A stretch of 63,995 nt of DNA, counting the filler, from Sphacelaria rigidula (Eukaryota), in the NCBI GenBank assembly GCA_964200075.2. It is 3 parts of 3 records of this genome, joined end to end, with 100 filler letters (N's around TTAATTAATTAA, not from the genome) between each part and the next. Parts side by side here need not be neighbours in the genome. Positions count along the whole stretch, not along the records: positions 43,303 to 63,995 come from CAXNAA020000501.1; 2 more parts are not named here. One strand, written 5' to 3'. Shown piece by piece: positions 50,501 through 59,417 of the stretch (its first letter is position 1; each line of letters starts with the position of its first letter). The translations under genes and the position numbers were made by a program. The notes beneath the pieces were generated by a model, which ran no database searches, was not told the DNA's origin, and was given only the letters and a program-made list of their open reading frames with translations.

Positions 50501-51040
50501 TTCGCTGAATTCATCCGCAGCGCATGCTCCGCGCAACAACGCACGCACTGCCTCGTTCGCGCTGGCACTGTACATCGCCAGCTCACCCGGCACGATATCC
50601 ACCTCCACTATCACAGGCAAAGGCGCACCGCCAGCACCAACATCGTCTTTGCGGCATGTCCCGTCCTTGCTATCGGGCCCTGTCCTTGTTTCCACGCGAA
50701 CATGTGCTGCCACCTTGGGGGTTTCGAGCAGCGGTCTTACGAGCTTGCTCAAGTTTGCGGGCAACTCACCGATTCGATCCGTGCCAACGACCACGCCCAC
50801 CACCTGGGCGTCTGACCAGTCAAGTTGTCCCTTCAGGATATCCTCACCTCCCGGTACATGTATGGCCGCGCATACCCCTGCAACTGCCGTTCGAAGTTTT
50901 AGTATGTACTTATGCACCGACTGCAGACTATGAGAACGGCCACCGCCTAACTGGGAGCATTGCGTTGAGATATTCGAACCATATGGGTTGGGAATTCGCT
51001 GGTGGAAGCGTTTTCCTGTTGGTGGTGGTGTTACTGGCAT
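44340..51040 (-). CDS. FBH1: FBH1-like F-box DNA helicase (UvrD/SF1A) with N-terminal HIRAN-like segment; 3' part missing at the contig break near 43.3 kb
   Basis: Exons 51040-50351, 47450-46525, 45477-45234, 44534-44340 splice in frame (phases 0, 2, 0). The F-box spans the first intron (WAAIPESILHK|IFTSPGISSTELFNSTRMVCQSWR). Helicase Q motif LTPEQRAVV, Walker A ASAGTGKT, motif Ia ILYIA|FNNAVA, motif Ib STIHSIAF. Confidence 0.85.
45234..45477 (-). CDS. FBH1: FBH1-like exon 3 (Q motif, Walker A)
   Basis: attcag|(R)LPHKPVNDAVAG...LASAGTGKTFCL...ILYIA|gtgagt. Confidence 0.9.
45845..46040 (-). mobile_element. (ATCA)n-tailed retroposon copy
   Basis: TTGATTGATTGTCGCACTTTAACTGAC on the + strand. 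Confidence 0.8.
46525..47450 (-). CDS. FBH1: FBH1-like exon 2 (F-box, SQ/TQ-rich linker, helical region)
   Basis: gcgcag|IFTSPG...EQYNIK+AG|gtacag, within the 387-aa ORF; the donor is the least certain boundary. Confidence 0.8.
47555..47868 (-). mobile_element. tRNA-derived SINE, variant head
   Basis: GCCGCCGCGCCCCGG start, TTGAAATGGTACAAC head, shared 3' body. Confidence 0.72.
48236..48406. mobile_element. Short hairpin MITE (CCCTGGACA termini), contains a small gap
   Basis: CACACCCTGGACAATAG...CTATTGTTCAGGGTGTG. Confidence 0.8.
49155..49250 (+). repeat. Dispersed repeat of about 75 bp ending in poly(C)
   Basis: CCCTGCTCCGTCTCGAAAGGGAT..GTG.TCAATGGTCAAA.GACTAAGGCAAGCAACAAATGAGTACGC(C)n; copies at 2897-2967, 11115-11200, 21488-21558, 43066-43138. 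Confidence 0.85.
50351..51040 (-). CDS. FBH1: FBH1-like exon 1 (HIRAN-like segment, start of F-box)
   Basis: ATG at 51040, 230 codons, ends ILHK|gtacga. Confidence 0.8.
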
Positions 51041-51684
51041 ATCCCTAGCTTTGGCCAAGGCGGTGTGACAATGCCCGCTCGTTGCTTTACCTACTCCTAC
51101 TTAGTGTACACTACTGAACAAGCAGTCAACGGTACCCTGAATGCAGACCTCTATACTATAGTCATTATCCATGGTGAATAATGTTCTCGTCACAATAGGT
51201 CAACAATGGGCAAATCCCGTTGGTCGTATATAGATCCACGAGCAATACGAGTATCTATTATTTGTTCTCCTACTCCACTACACACACGTATCATCATTTG
51301 TTTGTCGATCGTGAGAGGTAGCTACTACGAGCTGGGTCAGTCCAGACACGGATTCAAGCTCTCAAAGCAATATCTCGTCGACACGGAGAAGTTGGGCCAT
51401 GATCCGCACACTGTTGTATGAATCGTCTAACCACGGGGAAGGTGCCCATTTGCTCAAAAGTGTGGGCCCATATTTTCTCGCTGATTAAATCCCGTGTCTA
51501 GTAATTCCTATACCTAACGGAGTTATCGTTCATACTAAAATCTCTGTGAAACCCCCGATCGGTGCATTCAGCGGATGACGACGAGTTTTTGGACATTCCC
51601 TGGAGCACGCGGGCAGACGATAGACAGATAGATACCCTCACCTTCACCTAATTCGTGATCTATCTCGAGACATGGCGCACATGA

Positions 51685-52177
51685 GACCACTTCGTATGGC
51701 AACCAATCCGTACCTGTACAAATATGAGAATTTGAGTCCGTTTAAATCCGATTTTCTCTCGTGGATTGATTTTTCGGACCCCAGTCCTTTGGGCAATGTT
51801 TTTCGCCTAACTCTGAGGAAACCAGATCATCGATTCTCCGACTCTCAGGGCGCTGACTTTTTATTCATCACCATTCTGCTCAGATCGGGAGACTCCCGCA
51901 TCTCCCCCGATTTGGGCCCCGGATTCGGGGGAGATTCGGGAATCTCCCGATCTGAGCAGAATGGTGATGAATAAAAGTCAGCGTCCAGATAATCGGAGAA
52001 TTGATGATCTGGTTGCCTCAGAGTCAGGCGGAAAACATTGTCCGACGGACTGTGGTCCAAAAAATCAATCCATGTATGTGAGAAAGTCGGACTCAAACGG
52101 GCTGAAATCCCCATATTTATACAAAAACCTAACCCCAATCCGTATTTAGTACGGATTGGTTGCCATACAAAGTGGTC
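51685..52177. mobile_element. PIF/Harbinger-type palindromic MITE
   Basis: TGA|GACCACTTCGTATGGCAACCAATCCGTAC...GTACGGATTGGTTGCCATACAAAGTGGTC|TGA; absent from the paralogue at about 22755. Confidence 0.9.
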
Positions 52178-52733
52178 TGAGTTTTCATTCTAAAATCAGT
52201 ATATTACGAGCAAATGCACTAGATGAATTAAACCTGGATACCGTGTCTCACTTTTTGAGAGTTATGCTATGAACTTTCGTATCGAGGGCCGCTAGTAGTG
52301 CATAATAATAACAGTTTTTTTTCGTTTTGTTTTTTTCACTTTTTTCGGGGTTTTGGGGCAGTTTTGAGGAGAAATGAATACTGCTGTTGGGCCTTATCTC
52401 AACGTTTTAGCCCAATGTTTAGATTTGTAATTTGAAAGTCAGCATAAAGAACCACAGAGGTATGCTGAGTAATCAAGAAAAATGGGCCCTCAGTATTTTT
52501 TTTGGGGGGAGAGGTTGGGGCGTTCTCGTAAAAAAAATGGCGGTTTCCATACTAAACGCCCTAAACCAGTGCAGAAATGTAAGAAAAAATCAACCTGACC
52601 CACTTTATTTCGTCAATAATTATGCCCTAGCCACGAGCCACACAAAGTTTCAATAATACACAAACACCAAACGTGGGCCGGTAAGTGGCCTGCAAAATAC
52701 TGTTCCGAACATATTCTGACCCCGTCACTAAAC

Positions 52734-53001
52734 GGTCCATTGTACGGCCAAAATATTTAGAGTTGAACCCTGAAATTTGGTATGGTCAATGAATAGGGCA
52801 TAATAAAAACAATTACCAGTGCACACACGTTTTTTTTTTCATGAATGAAGGGCAATAATCAGTTTTCAGGTATCAGTAAAATGCCCCTAACTCATGGAAA
52901 AAAAAAAAATGTGTGCACTGGTAATTGTTGTTTTTGTACCCCATTTATTGTCCATACCAAATTTCAGGGTCCAACTCTGAATATTGGCCGTACAATGGGC
53001 C
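52734..53001. mobile_element. Palindromic MITE
   Basis: GGTCCATTGTACGGCCAA...TTGGCCGTACAATGGGCC, arms of about 110 bp; TSD not clear. Confidence 0.82.
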
Positions 53002-54159
53002 TGCAAACTACAAGTTCGCTTCTCGGCTGGCCCAGCTTGTACGCGTTGTGGTATTCTAGAATAAACATGTCGTGATCTTACGTGACTCTACGTACTGTTC
53101 TCCCCTTGTCCGAAAAAATACAAAACAAAGAAAACATCTCCCACTGCGAGACTGCCCGAAAAAGAATCCGAGACCCTATGCCCCATTTTTAATCCTGGAG
53201 TTTTTCAGGGGGGGAGAGGGGGGGGAGAGGGGGGGGTTACTAAATCCCATGAATGAGTAAAAATATAAAAAATAAAAAAAACGTTTTAATGAAGCTGTAA
53301 TTATTCTTCGCATACCTTCGGAGCCAAGGCCAAGTTATATTTGTGAGTTTCGGCAGTACAATGCACATCACACTTCCACGACAAGAACAAGACCAGACAA
53401 ATACCACAATGCTCTGCAATGCTTGCTCAATCAAGCTGAATGCATCTATCTGAACCGCCAATTTGCATCCAATGTGCGTCGCATCTTGTGGTGGCAGATA
53501 GGGCCGACAATCGTGGGAGCTACCTCACCCAAGTCGCCCCCCAAATGGCTATTTATACGTAGGGTCTCGGAGTTTTTTGTTTGGGCACTCCTGCCCCCTG
53601 GTGTTAATTTCAGGCATACCAGGTCACTTGCTGTCCGCAGCATCGCGCACAGGTATGGTATCAGTGATGGTGGTCTTGTGATTTGTCTGGCAACCACTCT
53701 CTTCCTCCTCCACTCCGATTTAATCGAAAAACGAAGAAACAACGTCCGGTTTCTGCTTCCCAATTCAGATACTCAACACGAAGGAAAAGAAGAGTGGATG
53801 GAGTGGGAACCGTATATGACGACCTCCAAACAACCTCCGTATCCCCGTCTGTTGGTCTTCTTCCGCCTGCTGCATGCTCACCCGTCTCTACTCCGATTAT
53901 ATTACATACACGTACAGTAGTGAAGATCTTGGTTACAACGTCGATGTGTTATATATGAAACCGTGAGTGTATGAGGAGCAAACATATTTCGACTGAGATT
54001 ACTTGACGAGAGCTGACTGACGCGTTACGGGAGTGTTGTTCAAATTTATGAGACCAGAATGCAAGGCGTGTACCGGGGGAGAGATGGCTCGATCCCCTGA
54101 AAATACGGATTCGTCCCGGGAAGGGGAGGGGGTTTTATTCAAAGTTTTTTTTTCCTCAC

Positions 54160-54452
54160 ACTTTGAACCTCTCCCCTTCCTCGGGATGAGTCCGTGGTCT
54201 CGAGGGATCAACCCATCTCTCCCCCGGTACGTGCCTTTCATTTTGGTCTCGCGGATTGGATCAGCACTCCCGCACCGCGTCAACTCACGTCACACAAACC
54301 CAGTCGACTACTTTGTTTACTAACGTTCTCACGCTTTCTAGGGTGGAAATCATACATTACGATGAAAACACCCAACGCCTCGGGTATCAAACCCCCGTTC
54401 TCTCCACCCTAATGGCGACAGTCAGACCATTACACCACCGGGGCGCGGCGGC
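54160..54452 (-). mobile_element. tRNA-derived SINE
   Basis: Full-length reverse copy of 40621-40925; an inverted 3' fragment lies next to it at 54048-54135. Confidence 0.8.
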
Positions 54453-54626
54453 AAAGTGTTAAGGAAAAAAGTAAATCATCATGCAGACTGGTTCATGTGT
54501 AGTATTTTTCTTCCTCTCTCAGCCAGCGGTATACAAGAGCAATGAACCGATTTTCATGTTCACCCCTTCCTCCTACAAAAATACTACAACAAGTAAGATG
54601 GCAATCAGTCTACAAGGGCATACGAG

Positions 54627-54867
54627 TGATACCGCGATAGCCCCCCCCCAAAACAGCCCCAAAACTGTCATGAAGAAATAGCAATGCAGCGCACGACAGC
54701 TGGTTTCAGAGTGCATGAAGCGCTTCGTATGGGCGACATTGGCGAAAATGACCCAAGCGTGGGAGTTCCCAGCTGCTCGGTGTACTCGGCTTTTTTCATT
54801 TCGATTTGCGTGTAGATTGGTCTCCTCAAACTCACCACTTTTCTGGGGCGGGGCTATCGCGGCATCA
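54627..54867. mobile_element. MITE with TGATRCCGCGATAGCCCC TIRs
   Basis: TGATACCGCGATAGCCCCCCCC...GGGGCGGGGCTATCGCGGCATCA. Confidence 0.8.
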
Positions 54868-54934
54868 GCCATATACTTTTTTTTCTGAAACCTCGGGATC
54901 AGTACATGTGCGACAACCATTCAATCAATCAACA

Positions 54935-55187
54935 ACTGATGCCGAGATAGCCCCCCCACAAAAAGTACACCGGAGACCGTAAGACAAACCGGCTGCGATC
55001 CCACTATTGGGCTCGTTTGCAGCAATTCCGCCCACATGAGAGGCGGGTAGCAGTCCGAAATCGGCTACTATATAACTCCCAAATGAGTGGTGTCGTGCAG
55101 CACGAAACCAGTGCCGACAGCATTTATGATCATCGCCTCCGTGCACTTTTTTGGCTAGTTCGGGGGAGGGGCTATCTCGGCAGCAGT
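54935..55187. mobile_element. Related MITE (ACTGATGCCGAGATAGCCCC TIRs)
   Basis: ACTGATGCCGAGATAGCCCCCCC...GGGGAGGGGCTATCTCGGCAGCAGT; interior is distantly homologous to its neighbour in the opposite orientation. Confidence 0.78.
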
Positions 55188-56010
55188 CCAACGACATAGT
55201 TCCCCTCATACTTGGACCCGCGGTCGATGCTATAACTTTTGCCGAGCCTTGCTTGGGGGATCTTGACGTTCTAGGAGCATGTGATTGGTCGACTTTCACC
55301 CGCAAGTGATCTGTCGAAGAGGACACTACTAATGGGAAGACGCACAAATACATACATACATACACAAATGAACACAGTTTGGATTCTCACCCCCACACCG
55401 TGACACCCCAGCCTTTGATACCGGGAATACTTTGACCCGCGGTCAATGGTGTGTCTTCTGCAAAGCCCTGTCATCTAATGAAGGAGTAGCTGAAAAAAGT
55501 AGAGAGGGCAGTGCGAATAGTGGTACGCATAACAAGCACCATAAAGTGGGCAAGGCGTGGCACGCTCGTATTGCCCATAGATAGATTGAGACCGGTGCAC
55601 ATAATATCTCACGCTTGTCCAATCTCCTAGGGTCCCATGTTTAGCAGGTTAGCCAGTCGACAATGTGCATACGACGTGAAACTGGGCTGCAAGGATGTTT
55701 TTTTCGCTGCTGTAGCGCTATTAACCCGCGAAATGTTTTGGCTGAACACTGGACATGCCAGACAGCGGCAAAAACTTGCGGCGCAATACTTCGCAGTGCT
55801 ATGTTTGGAAGTGCCGTTCTGGCCATCGGAAGCCACAGCGATTCCACGTGCAAGCAAAAAATACGGGCGAGCGACTTCTCAACAGACCACATTTTTCAGG
55901 TTTCAACCAATCGGATCATTACGAGGGCGTTGAGCACCAGGGGAATACTCGAAAGCGGTACTACATTACAAAAGCCTACATGAGACATACTGCTACGCCC
56001 TGGACTGCGT

Positions 56011-56247
56011 TTAGAAGTTTGGTAAAGCCAGAGCGGTGTCATCTACTTGCTTCGCAGTCTCCATATCAGCGACCACACACGAGACCCCAGGCTGTTCGGT
56101 CAGCCATCGAACTGCGTACGTCTGCAGAGGTTCATTCGCGCGGATGGTATGTGGGCCACTGGGGCAGTTCTCGCCCGACTTAACCATCTCTCGTGTCTTT
56201 TCGGCGCAGCTATACCGTACCATGTCGCCATATCGCTCGAAAAACGC
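56011..56247 (-). CDS. AKR terminal exon (AFFERYG...ALALPNF-stop)
   Basis: ccccag acceptor, C-terminal AKR motif, TAA. Confidence 0.88.
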   Translation of the reverse strand, partial: AFFERYGDMVRYSCAEKTREMVKSGENCPSGPHTIRANEPLQTYAVRWLTEQPGVSCVVADMETAKQVDDTALALPNF

Positions 56248-59200
56248 CTGGGGCGCGCGCGGGGAACGCAGGTGGTGGGGAGGGAGAAAAACAAAACTGT
56301 TCAGGTCGTTTGATGCTACGTCAAGGCCACATAAGTTCACCAACATAACCATGAACGTTTACGCGGAATTACCGCCGTGCCTGCGCCATCGCTTTGTACT
56401 CTGCTGAGGCAAGCAACACTTGGCACGTGCCCGATATCAAAGCCATTCCACGGCACCCAAACGGGTCTAGTAGAGCTGCTGTATTTTATTACACATTCTC
56501 TCTGCTACTGCAACTCAAACGGATAGTACCAGCGTCGTCTGCTCGTCAACAGGCTGCCTGTTTGATCGGGATGAGACCGTTTTCGCGCCTTGACTTATTA
56601 AATATACACCCTCACACCACTCATGATAGCCGGCGCAGACAAGCTCCTGACATACAGTAGCTCACCTGTAACATGGCTGCGGATGTCTCGTCGAGCTCTT
56701 CAAAGCGGTCGTCCAGCAATGGAGTAATGTGTCCGCTTAACTCTGACTCGTAGTGCTTGAAGGACGTGTAGTGGGTCAGCTGCGAGTTCAGGCCTTGGAT
56801 GAGCTGCTGCAGCAAACGACACCCCTGCGAATTCAGACATGCAATTTTCCGAGTGTCTTCAGCAGGCACGGAAAAAAAAATGGCCAGATCCAAAGTCTTA
56901 GTTACTCTGCAAGGTACGAGTACTGTACGTGCTGCAGGGACATGCGATGACAATACTTGGGAGACGCGCACATACATGCAGTTCTACTGTAGTATAAGTA
57001 CAACGTCAGCCGCGAACGAGCGAAAATTGTGACAGCGGGTACGCCCGGGCTGAACAAGCAGTATACTGTCGAGCGGCAACCCTTCCGTTTTGAGTATTCG
57101 CGGATGAAGTGAGAGTGGATTTGCAGTCACACAAGTTCGGACTTCGAAGTATGACCACATGAGATGACCCCATCAACTGCAAAAAGTACCCCAGACAATT
57201 TTTGGCGCATTTTCACTCCGCAGCGGAGATAGCGTTGTGAAGGGGGGAATTTCCAGGGCTCTTTACGTTACATCTCAAAACTTTCGTTAACGTCACAACT
57301 TTCGTTAACGTCATAACTTAACGTTACACGTCACAAAATTCGTTACGCGCGGAGCACTGTGTAAAGTCAAGTCACATCAAATCAAGCCTCGGGCCTGGCT
57401 AGTACTACGGTGGGGGACCACGGAAGCCCCCACCGTAGTACTAGTCAGGCTTGACTTGTGACGTGTAACGTAAAGAGCCCTAGAAATTTCCGCAGCATCA
57501 TACTCGTCAGAATCAACAGGGGGAGAAAAAAACAGATATATGCGCAAGTCGAAGGCGATGGCTGCACAAGTCAATCGGCAACACCATACATAGATACACC
57601 GCTTGACACTGGTGTGAACCACCATTGCAACTTGGAGGACAAGCCACAGTCCCGACATTCTGTCACTTTTACCGACCCAAAGAATGGTGGTCCCTGCACC
57701 TTAAGCCAATAAAGCGAATCACATCGAGGGCAGGGTAGTGTGGGGACACAACAACACAGCAGCACGTCTTCGAAACACAGACCAAAAACGCGATTGAAGG
57801 CCTCGTGATTCCCATCCGCTCAGCGAGAACAGGACAGCGCTGCATGAAACACGACGAAAAATTGGATACTACGCACCAAACCGTTGGAACTGCTTACTCC
57901 AGGAACACTCGCGGGCTCCATCTTTCTTAGTTTGCAATTATTATCCTTTCCTTCCCTCTCTTCTCATTTTTCCGTGTGCTCTCAGAGTTCGGGCATCTAT
58001 TATGGTAATTTTCCCCTTTCCCTCCCCTCTTTTCCCTTCCTGTCCGTTCTCCTTTGTACCCGTTTTGCTAAAAACAAAAATGAGTCAAATGAGTCACATA
58101 ACTCCTTTTTTCTTGTTACTCCCTTTTCTTTTTCTCTCGTTTCCTTTCCTTGCCCCCTCCGCCTCCCCCCCTCCCCCCCGTTTGAAGCTTACTCTAATTT
58201 CTCTCCTTCGTCTTTATACTGTTCCATCTCGAGTTTCCTGCAGCGACTGCTTCAGTTTTCATTTATCTTGGGTACCTCTATCTCGCATTATCTTGTATCT
58301 AGTGACTCCGGCTGGATTCGTAGCACATCAGTTGATGTTCGACAATTATTCAATTAATCAACCAGTGCAGTAGATCAAAGGGGGGCAACATACCCCCACG
58401 ACGGATTTTTTAGCGTCGATTTCCTTGAAGACTGCGGTGCTCCTGCAGCAGCGTCGATACCGACATTTTTGGAAATGTCTCGACGAACTCCGAGTATATA
58501 TGGGTGTCTTCGCAGTGAAGAGTCAATCCCGTTTGAAAAAATCTAGTCCGAAAAATATCACCCCCTGGGGGGTTGTTAAGCCCCGCGATGCATGATACCT
58601 CTGCGCGGTTCACCTCTCGAATCTCTTCTTCCCCCTCCGTAGGCTCTCGTCCGTCCGGGATTTCCAGATTGAAATGTTCCAGAGCTTCTCTGCGTGAACG
58701 GTTGCCCAGGCGAAAACATTGGAAGCACTTGGGATAAGATCCAAGCATAGGCCGTAGGTTGTTTATCAAAGCGATATGTGCTTCACACAGCGATAATCTC
58801 ACCATAGCGGCCCTGACAGCGGCACTCCACCATACCATAGAGCGACAACCGTGAGTACGCTTCGAGGTTCATGCGCGACACAAACTGATTGGTGATTAAA
58901 AAATCAATCTGCAGCATGTGCACCCTGTCGGCACGAAGCAAGACCCGCCCTATGTGTCGTGGAACCCTGTGCTGCCGTCACGAACAACATAAAAGCAGAG
59001 GGCGTTATTGACCACACCTAAAAATATGACAACGAATACGATGTCGGTGGCAGAAATCAGCGCGCCAACAAAGATGGCCAACTCCAGCGACTCGTCTCTT
59101 ACCAGTGATCGTACACGATACAGTAGGTTCGAGCTGGTTGCTGAAAGGAAGAATGCTCCAACAGAATCAATGTGCCGCACAATCACAGGTTCACCGTGCC

Positions 59201-59372
59201 GTGGCCCCCCTATCGCCCGTTGCCACTACTTGCTTCCAAACAGATGGTCCGACTCTGCTGTTCGCAACATCCCCCCCAGCTACAGCACCTGCGGGCACTA
59301 ACAAGCGTACACTTCGCAGCACATAAACACATGATAAACACATGATAAACACACGATGAACACATGCACGCA

Positions 59373-59417
<45 letters not shown>

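Larger units (their letters stand above)
51328..53039. mobile_element. Non-autonomous TA-flanked TIR element (Tc1/mariner-type) with two nested MITEs
   Basis: TA|CGAGCTGGGTCAG...CTGGCCCAGCTTG|TA; the same terminus occurs at about 78-217 and at 32436. Confidence 0.82.

Noticed and set aside
57930..58270. Hydrophobic ORFs suggesting membrane proteins
   Set aside because: CT-rich low-complexity intron sequence; most other short six-frame ORFs likewise fall in introns or repeats
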